NCBI GenBank assembly: GCA_963789265.1
Contig: CAWBKB010000004.1
Coordinates: 160,001 to 224,000, forward strand
Reading direction: 5' to 3'
DNA from: an uncultured delta proteobacterium
Lineage (GTDB): Bacteria > Desulfobacterota > Desulfomonilia > Desulfomonilales > Desulfomonilaceae
DNA length: 64,000 nt
Shown: positions 38,367 to 48,606 of the stretch, piece after piece
Layout of the letters: the number at the start of each line of letters is the position of its first letter
How positions within the stretch are numbered: position 1 is the first letter of the stretch
Notes under the pieces: generated by a model
Told to the model about the DNA's origin: nothing
Databases searched by the model: none
What the model saw: the letters and a program-made list of their open reading frames with translations, nothing else
Translations under genes and position numbers: made by a program

Positions 38367-38747
38367 ATGGAAAGCGAAGAGCAAGATCTTCAAGAGCTGG
38401 AGAGAGCTAATCCAATTATACAGGTGGCCCTGGAGTTGGGCATCAAAGTCCGAGGCAGCGTGGGAAAGTGCTTCAAAGAGGACAGGCATGCCTCAGACGG
38501 TGTAAAGTCAACTCTCTTTTTCAACCCTGCGCGGAATAGGTTTCAGTGCCGAGACTGCGAGGACGTGGGGGGCACTGTTATAGATTTGGTGTGCCAGTAT
38601 AACGGATGGGAGAGACAAAAGGCCATAGAGTGGTTGCGTCACCGGGTGGAATTTGACCGGTACACAAAGGGTCTCTATCATGGAAAAGGGCGGAAAAAGC
38701 CGTCGGTCGCAAATGCAACGCAAACTGGGAAGGCAGAGGTAAGGTAA
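38367..38747 (+). CDS. Stand-alone CHC2 (primase-type) zinc-finger protein
   Basis: C..H..F.C..C..GG.VIDLV..AIEWL pattern; no TOPRIM domain. Confidence 0.7.
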   Translation: MESEEQDLQELERANPIIQVALELGIKVRGSVGKCFKEDRHASDGVKSTLFFNPARNRFQCRDCEDVGGTVIDLVCQYNGWERQKAIEWLRHRVEFDRYTKGLYHGKGRKKPSVANATQTGKAEVR

Positions 38748-38752
38748 CAGGT

Positions 38753-40562
38753 ATGGGTTCCGAGTGGAATGCAGATGAAGAAAATCAAAGCCTCCCGAAG
38801 AATTCCACTGTCCGAGAGGTTGCTGAAGCAATTGTGAAGGAAGCGGAAGAGCACAGCCCACCTGAAGACACGCAGAGGAAAGACGAAATCGAGAAACGGA
38901 TACGGGAATCGGAGAAGAAACGACTCATGTTGGCCGAGGCGCTTCACTCTTCCAGAATAGAAATTCAGAGGCTTATGCCGGGCCGGGACAGGGACGCTGA
39001 TAGGGCTCTTCCGTTCGGAGTCTTTGTCCAGTACGGTCCGGATCGAGAGACTGTCGTTATAAAATACCACGGTCGGCTTCATGAAACGAAAGTGCTGCCC
39101 CAGGAACCGGGAACGGAAGACGAACCGGCAAAGGGAACTTTCCATGCCATACGACAGATCGGCAAGAAAAGGGATATTCGCCGAAGAGGGTTCAGGAAAG
39201 GGGAGTTGCTCCTACTTAACAATGACCTCCAGGTATTGGAACCGAGAGGATTTGACCTTGTTTGTGGAGGACTTGCTACTGTGCAGCAGATCCTCAGTGA
39301 GGAAAAGTTGCTGGTCAAAACGGTGGGCGATGAGAATCTCGTGGTGACGAGAGCAGCTCCCCTTTCACTCGTCAAAATAGTCATTGGCGACAAAATTGAA
39401 TACGACCACGAGTCTCTCTTCGCGTACGGGCTCCTCCCCAAGAGCGACGTGGATCGTTTGGCTCTGGAGAAGGTTCCTGACATTCACTATTCCGATATCG
39501 GGGGGCTCGAGGAAGCAGTCGAGTTGATTCGAGACGCCATCGAATTGCCGCACCTATACCCGGACTACTTCAAGGAGCATCGACTGGTCCCCCCGAAAGG
39601 GATTCTGCTCTACGGCCCCCCTGGATGCGGGAAAACGCTCCTTGCCAAGGCAGTGGCCAATAGCCTTGCAAAGCGAATTGAAGCGGAGACGGGGGAGCGA
39701 AAGGTAGGCTTCTTTCTCAACGTAAAGGGCCCGGAACTCCTCAATAAGTACGTCGGCGAAACTGAACAGGCTATCCGCGACTTGTTCGCCCGTGCCAGAA
39801 ACCAAGCCAGGCACCGCACTCCTGTAATAATCTTTTTTGATGAGATGGATTCCATGTTTCGGGTGAGAGGGTCCGGGATATCATCGGACATGGAAGCAAC
39901 GATTGTCCCGCAGTTCCTGGCCGAACTCGACGGCCTTGAACCTCTGGAAAACGTCGTAGTTATCGGAGCTACCAATCGAGAGGATCTTATCGACCCTGCC
40001 GTGCTAAGGCCCGGCCGCCTCGATCGCAAGATTCGAATTCCACGCCCAGAACGAGCGGCCGCACTCGAGATCTTTCCCAAGTACCTTGACTCCCGACCTT
40101 CCACTTGACCCTGTGCTCGTCGAACGCTGCGGAGATCCGGGCCGAGCCATAGACTGGCTCATTTCGACGTTGGTCGAGGAGCTGTACGGGATGACGAAGG
40201 AAAACGAACTCCTGGAAATAACTTATGCCGACGGAACTCAAACGATTCTGTATCTCAAGGATTTCGTGAGCGGAGCCATCATTGAACACATTGTCAACCG
40301 GGCAAAGCTGTCCGCGGTAAAAGATCTGGTCAACAGAGGGACAAGAGGTATCACTTTCGATCATCTGCAGACGGCGCTCCGTCGGGAATTCGAAGAAAAT
40401 GAGGATTTGCCCAGCAACACGAATCCAACGGAATGGTACCGGATAATAGGTTCAGGTGGAGACAGAGTAATCAGGATTCGCTCTTTATTCTGCAAGAGAG
40501 TCGCTATTTGCGAAGAACAGAAGCCTGGAGAGTTTTTGGAGGTAACCGACCGCCTCAAATAA
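38753..40562 (+). CDS. arc: Proteasomal AAA ATPase ARC/Mpa; apparent +1 frameshift near 40084
   Basis: YSDIGGL, GPPGCGKT, KGPELLNKYVGETE, FFDEMDS, SGISSD, RPGRLD, then DFVSGA and ENEDLP in the second ORF. Confidence 0.9.
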
Positions 40563-40587
40563 ATGGGCTGAATATATGTGAGGGAGT

Positions 40588-42142
40588 ATGAGCATACCCA
40601 AGGTGGTTGGCATTGAAGAAGAATACGCAATCCACTTGCAAGGAGACCACGGTCTTACACCATTTCAGGCCTCCTGTGCACTCGTAAATTCGTACGCTCG
40701 CAAGGTAGGGCTGCGAGCACCTGGGATTAAACTGCTCTGGGATTACGGTCATGAGACGCCATTCCACGATTTTTCGCGGAGATCTCTTCGGAAAGAGTAC
40801 AGGCCAGGAAATCGTCTCCTCCGCAGAAAATCTTCGTCTTAACGCAGTGTTGCCCAACGGCGCCAGACTGTATACGGACCACGGGCACCCCGAATATTCG
40901 ACACCGGAGTGTCTGAGTGCCAGAAACGCGGTTGCTTGTGACAAAGCGGGGGAGCTGATTTTTCGGGAAGCTCTTGCCGCGGTGAGAGAATTGATGCCCC
41001 GGCTGAAGATCGGGCTGTTCAAGAACAACATCGACTATCAGGGGCACAGCTACGGGTGTCACGAGAACTACCTGATGGATGCGCGGGCACACGAAGAATG
41101 CTTCGTTCGCAGCCCGGAGAAAGCGGTGCGAATCCTGGTACCGTTTCTCGTCACTCGCCAGCTATTTGCGGGAACAGGCCGGGTCGGCTCAGCGAAGCCG
41201 CATGATCCATCGGTTCCGTACCGGATGTCGCAGCGGGCCGACTTTATCGAGACTATCTTCGGTTTGGAGACCATGTACTCGAGGCCCATTATCAACACCC
41301 GGGCAGAGCATCACGTGGATCCGAAACGTTTTCGGCGACTGCACTTGATCCTGGGTGACGCAAACATGAGCGAGTTCGCGGGCTTTCTCAAGATCGGCAG
41401 CACTCAAATAGTGCTACAGATGCTGGAAGACGGTTTCCTGACTGAAGACCTGACGCTCAAGGACCCGGTCAAGGCTATGCGAACGGTGGCGAAATTCGAC
41501 TCCCGGCTCGAACTGGCCGACGGTCGCACTATAAGTCCTCTGGATCTTCAGAGGCTGTTTCTGGCGGCAGCCAAACGGTACCATCGATCCGGGCACGGTT
41601 CTCAGGTACCTGATGCCGATCTGATTTTGCAAGCCTGGGCGTACGCTCTGGATGGATTGGAGAAACTCAGGCTTTCCGAAGACTTTGAGTTTGTGGAGGA
41701 CCCTCTGAACTTGAGCAAGCGTCTGGATTGGGTCATAAAACTGTGGTTGATTCATCGCTACCGAGAGAGCAAAGGGTGCTCGTGGGAAACCCAGGAGCTA
41801 AGTGTATTTGATCTGCAATATCACAACGTTGAACCTGACAGCGGCTTGTTCTGGCATCTTCAGAGTAAGGGCTTGGTTGATAGAATATTGGAGGACGATG
41901 AGATCTCGCGGGCAGTCAGAGAGGCTCCGCCCGACACCAGAGCCTACTTTCGCGGAAAGTGCATAGAAAAGTTCCCGAACGAGATCCACTTTGTTAACTG
42001 GGAAGTCGTGGGCTTCGATCACGGCGAAAGTCATCGCATGATACCGCTTCTCAACCCCCTGAAGGGCACCAGGGACCAATTCCGGGAAGTCTTTGAGATG
42101 TGCACGAATTCCAGGGAATTGGTGAAAATGGTCCAGGCATGA
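40588..42142 (+). CDS. dop: Depupylase/deamidase Dop; apparent +1 frameshift in the T5 run at 40770-40774
   Basis: VGIEEEYAI, WDY..E.P..DFRG, NGARLYTDHGHPEYSTPE, KNNID..GHSYGCHENYL, RPIINTR and GDANMSE. Confidence 0.9.
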
Positions 42143-42174
42143 ATGAGACTGATGGATCTGACTGGAGATAATTC

Positions 42175-42378
42175 ATGAGCGAATCTAGGCAGACACAAAT
42201 CCCTCAGAGGAAAAGAAGTAAGCAAAAGGACTCGACTGAAACAGAGACCTCGCTTCCGTCGATCTCCGGCGGAGAAAAGAAGCAGAAGCTTGAAGAGTTG
42301 GATGAGTTCATGGAAAGCGTGCTCCAAAAGGCAGGTGAAGAGTTCCTGGATGAGTTCAAACAGATTGAAGGGGAGTGA
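42175..42378 (+). CDS. pup: Prokaryotic ubiquitin-like protein (Pup-like), C-terminus -KQIEGE
   Basis: 67 aa between dop and pafA; disordered N-terminus, LDEFMESVL..EEFL..FKQ and a terminal GE. Confidence 0.85.
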   Translation: MSESRQTQIPQRKRSKQKDSTETETSLPSISGGEKKQKLEELDEFMESVLQKAGEEFLDEFKQIEGE

Positions 42379-42381
42379 CAT

Positions 42382-43872
42382 TTGCAAACCCGGGTCTTCG
42401 GCACAGAGTGCGAGTATGCCCTGTTTTGCAGCCCCAGGGATGGGGAATCAAGAATCTATCTGGATGGCGAGCCGCTGCTGGAACATTTGAAAGGACTCAC
42501 ACCTTACCTAGTCGCTTCCTTGAAGGCCACAGGACGACCGTATGCCGGTGAGTTTCTGGGAAATGGAGGCCGGTTTTACATCGATCGCGGGGCGCATCCC
42601 GAGGACGCGACACCGGAATGTGCCAGGGTGAGGGATGTTGTCGCTCATGAAAAAGCGGGTGATCGAATCGTCCAGGAACTGGTCGAATTTGCCGGCTCAC
42701 ACATGGCCGAGGTCGGTAAGCGCGAAAAGATACGAATCTTCAAAAATAATGTGGATTCGTTCGGGAACACTTACGGCACTCACGAGAATTATCTCGTCAC
42801 GCCTCAAGCTATGGAAAACATCAGATTTATGGTTCCATTCCTGGTCAGTCGCCAGATATTTTCGGGTGCGGGCAAAGTGGCAACCGGGGGCACGCAGGGT
42901 CAAAGTTGGTATCAGTTGACTCAAAGGGCAGACTTTATCGACCGGATCTTCAGTGACAGAACGTCGCAGGTCCGCGGCATCATAAATCTTCGCAAACGGG
43001 AGATACCCAAACACGGACAAAACCTGCGGCTTCACCTCCTGGTTGGAGACTCCAACATGTCCGAGGACTCGCTCGGGCTAAGGGTTGGGACGACCGCCCT
43101 TGTACCAAGGCTGCTCGAAGAAGATTCTTTCGAGAATTTCCCGGCACTGGCATCCCCGGTAAAAGCCATGCGGGACATTTCCCAATCTTTTGGTAGCACT
43201 GTGGAACTCGAAAATCGCCGCCACCGATACCATGCTCTGGATATACAAGAAATCTATCTCAACAGAGTCCATAATTTCTTCGAAGATCACGAATCCAATA
43301 ATTGGGAAAAAGAAATCCTCGACCTTTGGAGACGTACGCTGGCAGGTCTGCGAGAAGTAAAAATATCGCACGAGAACTGGAACCTTGAGGATGACCCACA
43401 GGACTTGCACCGCAGAATCGACTGGCTCATCAAACTCTGGCTCATCAACAGGGTGCAGCACCAGAGCGGGCTCGATTGGCAAGATCCTCGACTGAGGCTG
43501 TTGGACGTGACATATCACGACCTCGATCCCCGAGAAGGCCTTTTCCAGAGGTGCCAGGATCTGGACCTGATTGACCGTATGGTAGACGAGCAGGAAATCC
43601 GCAAGGCCCAGACCAAACCACCGCAAGACACCCGGGCTTGGACCAGGGGCACCATTATCCAGCATGCCTGGGGGAGAAACGTCGAGACAATCGTCAAGAA
43701 CTGGGAAGCCGTTCAGATTATCGCAAAACCGCAGGGATGTGAGTCTTCTCACCCTTTCGGCAGACATCGGCGCATGGTCAATCGACTGGAAATAAAACTG
43801 GAAGATCCACTCAGGGCGGAGGACACAGCCGCTCTGGAAAAAGTGATGAAATTCGCTGAAGCTTGGAACTGA
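42382..43872 (+). CDS. pafA: Pup-protein ligase PafA
   Basis: RVFGTECEY, FLGNGGRFYID.GAHPE, KNNVDS.GNTYGTHENYL, RLHLLVGDSNMSE and PPQDTRA. Confidence 0.9.
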   Translation: MQTRVFGTECEYALFCSPRDGESRIYLDGEPLLEHLKGLTPYLVASLKATGRPYAGEFLGNGGRFYIDRGAHPEDATPECARVRDVVAHEKAGDRIVQELVEFAGSHMAEVGKREKIRIFKNNVDSFGNTYGTHENYLVTPQAMENIRFMVPFLVSRQIFSGAGKVATGGTQGQSWYQLTQRADFIDRIFSDRTSQVRGIINLRKREIPKHGQNLRLHLLVGDSNMSEDSLGLRVGTTALVPRLLEEDSFENFPALASPVKAMRDISQSFGSTVELENRRHRYHALDIQEIYLNRVHNFFEDHESNNWEKEILDLWRRTLAGLREVKISHENWNLEDDPQDLHRRIDWLIKLWLINRVQHQSGLDWQDPRLRLLDVTYHDLDPREGLFQRCQDLDLIDRMVDEQEIRKAQTKPPQDTRAWTRGTIIQHAWGRNVETIVKNWEAVQIIAKPQGCESSHPFGRHRRMVNRLEIKLEDPLRAEDTAALEKVMKFAEAWN

Positions 43873-44147
43873 TGCGCAGTCAAATGAGCGACAATCCTGG
43901 ATAAGATACGGTGGGGCAATCCTGCCCACGCGGGACTGCCTGTCCCGCGTTCCGCGGGATCACTCCGGACTTCGATTCGGGGGTAGCGCCGGCGTCCCTG
44001 CCGGCGATTCGCCAACAACCCCGCGTCCCGCGGGGAGGCCGGTCCTACTGGATGCCCGCGTATGCGGGCATGATGAAATGTAGGGGCGGGTTTCAAACCC
44101 GCCCCTACCAGAAACACGGTGTCACTTACTTGAAAGCCAGTCGGTAT
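43867..44147. mobile_element. MITE-like element (family A) with REP-like modules
   Basis: Shares CCGGACTTCGAT.CGGGG, CTGGATGCCCGCGTA.GCGGGCATGA and the AACACGGTGTCACTT end with 4200-4390. Confidence 0.65.
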
Positions 44148-44187
44148 GAGACCCGGAAAGGTGCTTAGAAACGATATGGACCGGGAG

Positions 44188-44876
44188 ATGGAACAAATTC
44201 CAGAGAATGCGACCGGTCGCGATGGAATCCGTCACGTTCTCTTAGTGCAATACGCACTTCACGAGGCAAACCATCATTCAGAGTCTGCCGGCAGTGCGGC
44301 GGATAGTTTCCCCACGGTCCCTAAGGCCCACACTCTTGCCGATATATACAAGTGCTTGCACCAGGGACAATTCGGGGTTGGGCACAGCATCGACGATCCG
44401 GTCAGGTTTGCCGGCAGGCTTGAACTTGAACTCGTCAAAGCCGACCCCGACTCTGCCGACCCGATTCTGGAAACGGTTTCCTCCGTGGCTCAGTTTTTCG
44501 TGTCAACCTGCGGCCGTTTCGACGGGCATTTGCGGGTCGCGACGAATTAGCGTCGCGTCTCTTGGTAGGGCTTTGCCTTAATTCCGCTACAAGGCAGAGG
44601 GGAACGATGAACGATTTCATCGAATCTCTGGAATGGTTTAGGGATTTGAACAACAGCGGAGAGTTGGCGGTTCAAGGCAGATCGTACATGTTCCCGAATG
44701 AGCAGGCAAACCGATTCGTAACCGAAGTGGCGTATTGCATTCATACGTTCGGAAATATACCGGTCTTGAGCCATTCATCGGTCTATAAGAAGCACAATTC
44801 CCCGTCCTACAGGGTGGTGGACCGAGAAGCCTTGGAACATTCGCCTTTGGCTTATCTTCTTAAAAAAATACAATGA
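44188..44876 (+). CDS. Conserved-looking hypothetical protein; apparent frameshift near 44480
   Basis: DIYKCLHQGQFGVGH, then RVNLRPF and HS..Y..SYRVV in the next frame. Confidence 0.5.
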
Positions 44877-47056
44877 GTTGTATACACAAAGACAATACCT
44901 ATTGCTGTGCGGTGCTGCTTCAGCCGCCCCCAGGTGATCTAACCGGCCCGTATCCAGCTTTAGCATATCTGAAATCCTACGCTGCGCTGCATGGGCACAC
45001 AGTGCGGGTTCGGGACCTGGGGATCGAGGCTCTCCACTTTCTTACCCAAAAAGACAAGATTGCCGGCTACCTGGAGCGGGCAGCGTCCATGAGACGGGAA
45101 CTCGAATCCAAGGCCTCTCTGGATTCTGACGAGCTACGCCATTACAGACTGCTGGTTGTGGCTGCATGGATCGCGACCAAGCCGGACATGATCCCCACAG
45201 CTTTGAGATCTTTCAGTGACAGTAGCCAGTTTTACAACTATCGTCATTACAGTAGATCCTGCCACGTTCTCAACGCGTTCTACGGGTTGCTGTCCGCTGT
45301 TCATCATCCCACTGCGGTAACCCCGTCCGAATATCCCACGGCCCAGGCTCTCAATTCCATGAAAAACGTGCTTGCACACCGGCGCACGGATCTTAATCCG
45401 TACATGGAATACTACGAGGAGATTCTGTTTCCTGCACTTGCCGGACAGGCTCCCACAGCGATCGGTCTATCAATGGAATTCGCGGGGCAGTCGGTTCAAG
45501 CGCTGGTTCTTGGTCATCTGCTCAAGGAGCTGTTCCCTGAGATTCATATAACAATGGGAGGGGCTTATTTATCTCAATGGGTGATGTTGATGGGAGAAAG
45601 ACAGCTATCAGAGCTGTTTTCCTGTACCGACTCAGTAATCTGCGGGGAAGGCGAATCTGCCTTTGTGCAACTCTTGGACGGAATTGAAGCAGGCCTTTCG
45701 CCGTCGAGCGTTCCTAACCTGATTTATCGAGACTTACGTACCGGTGAGTTTCATCATCCTGCATCATTGGAATACCCCGATATTAATAGCCTTCCACCTC
45801 CCGACTTCTCAGACCTCGATCTGAAGTCATACCTCATTCCTAAAACGGTGATTCCCTATGCCATCAGTCGGGGATGTTACTGGGGCAAGTGCGTCTTTTG
45901 TCAGAACAGATACGGCGAGAACCGAATGCGCAAATACCAGACGGTGCCCGTGGAGAAGTCCATAGCCGAGATGTCTTACCTCGCCGAGAAATACGGCACC
46001 AACCACTTTAACTTCAGTAATGACGTTTTGGACCCTTCCTATTTGCAACGGCTGAGCGAAGCACTCATTGCGTCGAAGAAAAAGTTCTTGTGGAACACTG
46101 ACTTGCGTGCGGAAAAGGCGTTTTCCAGAGATCTCTGCGGCCGCATGGCCCGTGCAGGTCTGAACAGTGTCGCCATTGGACTCGAAAGCGGGTGCCAAAG
46201 AACCCTGGATGCAATGAACAAAGGCAAAGACGTTCAGACTGTGCGGCAGGTCATGAAAGACCTTTACGACGCTGGAATTGCAACTCAAGCCATGGGATTC
46301 TTTGGCTTTCCAGAGGAGACCGAAGAAGAGGCTGAAAGAACTGTGGCGTTCTTGGAGGACAACGTGGCCGCAATATCCTATTACGTCATCGGCCTGCTCA
46401 TGGTAGTTCCAGGTTCCAGAATGCATGAGGAGCCGCAGAAATACCGTGTATCATCAATTAGTTATGAGGGCAATGAACTGATGGCTCCGCCGCCTGTTTG
46501 GAGGGCGGAAGGAAGGATTCCGGCCGCGGCGGTGAATCGACTTTATCACCGGTTGAGTCATCTCGAAGAGACCTTCGCCATAAATGAATATCCGTACGTG
46601 GGGGCGCTTTCCACGAATCATTCGTTTCTGTACTTCGAGACGGGACCGGATGTGCTCAAAAGGCTAAAGAGGGAAGAAAGCGATCGGCATCTCAAGCTGC
46701 TTCGGATCATGGCAACCAAGGACAAGAGTGAAAGAGGAAAGAAGCTCAAGTCCCTACTGCCGCGATTCGCGCTTCCGTGTCTGATTTATCACACGCACTT
46801 TCTCATAGATCAGATTGAGAACGGCGATAAGACCACCCGCAGTCGTCCGCGCCCCTTCTCTCCCAACGGCTGGGATTATCTTGTGGGTCCGTCGGATATG
46901 GTAATTCCTATTCGAGAGGTTGAGAGGGGGTTTCTGGAGGCTATAGACGGCAAGAAGAATCTGAAATCAGTTTTGGCCAAGTATGAGGATGCTGACGTTG
47001 AGAGGCTTGTTTCGATCTTGTTGGGCCTCGTTTCCCGGGGCCTGATTGTCATTTAG
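44873..47056 (+). CDS. B12-binding-domain radical SAM protein
   Basis: PYPALAYLKS, GGAY, GEGE, SRGCYWGKCVFC, GLESG and FFGFP. Confidence 0.88.
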   Translation: MSCIHKDNTYCCAVLLQPPPGDLTGPYPALAYLKSYAALHGHTVRVRDLGIEALHFLTQKDKIAGYLERAASMRRELESKASLDSDELRHYRLLVVAAWIATKPDMIPTALRSFSDSSQFYNYRHYSRSCHVLNAFYGLLSAVHHPTAVTPSEYPTAQALNSMKNVLAHRRTDLNPYMEYYEEILFPALAGQAPTAIGLSMEFAGQSVQALVLGHLLKELFPEIHITMGGAYLSQWVMLMGERQLSELFSCTDSVICGEGESAFVQLLDGIEAGLSPSSVPNLIYRDLRTGEFHHPASLEYPDINSLPPPDFSDLDLKSYLIPKTVIPYAISRGCYWGKCVFCQNRYGENRMRKYQTVPVEKSIAEMSYLAEKYGTNHFNFSNDVLDPSYLQRLSEALIASKKKFLWNTDLRAEKAFSRDLCGRMARAGLNSVAIGLESGCQRTLDAMNKGKDVQTVRQVMKDLYDAGIATQAMGFFGFPEETEEEAERTVAFLEDNVAAISYYVIGLLMVVPGSRMHEEPQKYRVSSISYEGNELMAPPPVWRAEGRIPAAAVNRLYHRLSHLEETFAINEYPYVGALSTNHSFLYFETGPDVLKRLKREESDRHLKLLRIMATKDKSERGKKLKSLLPRFALPCLIYHTHFLIDQIENGDKTTRSRPRPFSPNGWDYLVGPSDMVIPIREVERGFLEAIDGKKNLKSVLAKYEDADVERLVSILLGLVSRGLIVI

Positions 47057-47140
47057 CTGGATGCTGAAAATTCGGAAATTGGGCCAAGGCTTTCGCCTGA
47101 CTGGGGAGGCTGAGATAGCGCGGCCGCGAAGGAGTCAAAA

Positions 47141-47823
47141 ATGTTGGTAAAAAGATGGATGAGCAAGGACGTGATCTCAATAGATCCCGACGATTCTATG
47201 CAACTGGCAGTTAATCTCATGAAAGAGCACGATATCCGGCTACTTCCTATCATGAAAGACAATAAGCTGGTGGGGGTTCTTAGTGATGGCGACCTGAAAA
47301 AGGCTTCAGTGACAAACGCCGTGGATTTTGACGTGAAGGATCTTTTGTACAGATCTGTACAAAACCAAAATAAGAGATATCATGACGCGGGATCCTTTTA
47401 CCATTCCCATGGACGAGACAGTTGACGAGGCCGCCGCGGTACTCTTGAAGAACAAGATTTCTGGAGCACCGGTGGTCGACCGTAAAGGCACAGTGGTGGG
47501 CGTGATAACTCAGTCTGATATCTTCAGGGTTTTGATTTCCTTGACCGCGATGGGAACCCGCGGGATTCAATTCGCATTCCATGTGAAAGACACACCTGGT
47601 GCGGTCACGAAACTCATTGATATATTCCGCAATTATGGAGGTCGCACCGCAAGCGTTCTCAGCTCGTATGAAAATGCACCTCCGGGTCACCGGAATGTAT
47701 ATATAAGAACTTTCAATTTGGATCGCGGCAAGCTTGCACAAGTGATGCAAGAAACTAAAAGAAAAGGCGACCATGCTCTACATGGTCGATCACCGTGAAA
47801 AAAGGCGGGAAATCTTCGAATAA
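47141..47823 (+). CDS. CBS-pair + ACT (AcuB-like) protein; two apparent frameshifts
   Basis: MLVKRWMSK..IRLLP..GVLSDGDL; MTRDP..ISGAPVVD..GVITQSD; the C-terminus LYMVDHRE..IFE* is in another frame. Confidence 0.75.
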
Positions 47824-47866
47824 ACGGAAGTGGGCAGTGTAACTGCTCAGCAGGCAGTACAGATTA

Positions 47867-48062
47867 ACCGCAGAGCGCGCCGAGAACGCGGAGAATTCTG
47901 TTTTCGCGGCACGTTTATCCGATGGAGCACGGTAAATTCTGGTCTGTGATTATACGGCAGTAAGGGCGACCGGCCGTCGCCCTGGGCGAATACCATTCGC
48001 CCCTACCGGCCCTGGATTGGCGTCCAGGGCCAGAGGGTTGAATTCTCCGCGGTCTCTGCGGT
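47867..48062. repeat. Palindromic REP-like composite
   Basis: Outer inverted repeats ACCGCAGAG..CGCGGAGAATTC / GAATTCTCCGCG..CTCTGCGGT; inner GGGCGACCGGCCGTCGCCC and GGGCGAATACCATTCGCCC. Confidence 0.6.
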
Positions 48063-48093
48063 GAACTATTGCAGGTTTCTCCGAAGCTTGCCC

Positions 48094-48348
48094 CTATGCT
48101 TTCCTGACTTCAATCTCCAAGATTTTGTCCGCGGGGATTATGATGCCTCTTTCTTCAACTACGTCGATGTATGCTCCATCCTGAAGAACCTTTTTCCAGA
48201 TCTGCTCGCCGACCTTTTCAGCAGAGGTTGCGTATTCCTCGGGATGTCCCGCCTTATATAGCCTTACCAATCTCTTATCGTCGTCGGCAATGTTAAAGAT
48301 TTTGGGTGGGTCTTCTCCTAAAACTCTGATCCTTAGCGTCCAGGCCAT
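48094..48348 (-). CDS. Hypothetical protein
   Basis: 84-aa ORF with RBS GAGG and protein-like composition. Confidence 0.65.
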   Translation of the reverse strand: MAWTLRIRVLGEDPPKIFNIADDDKRLVRLYKAGHPEEYATSAEKVGEQIWKKVLQDGAYIDVVEERGIIIPADKILEIEVRKA

Positions 48349-48606
48349 GAACTGAACCTCTCTTTCTTGTACCTATTTTATGCCGGAAGCAACAAAAGGA
48401 TATGACATCGAGTTGTCATACGCCAGACAAGAACTTTAAAAATTTTCTTAAGAAGCTTCTTTTTTACGCGGACCGCGTCACGGCATGGCTCCGCAGAATT
48501 ACTAAACTGTTCACGGCCGGTTCGCTGGCGGTGTTGCCTATTTTTTAATTGGGCTCCCATCCATGAGCTGGAAATGATATGGTAGCGTCCCGGGAGAATT
48601 GTTTCG

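Noticed and set aside
47920..48000. ZMP/ZTP riboswitch-like GCC..CGCCCTGGGC
   Set aside because: Explained by REP palindromes; it lies between convergent genes and the 5' aptamer part is missing.
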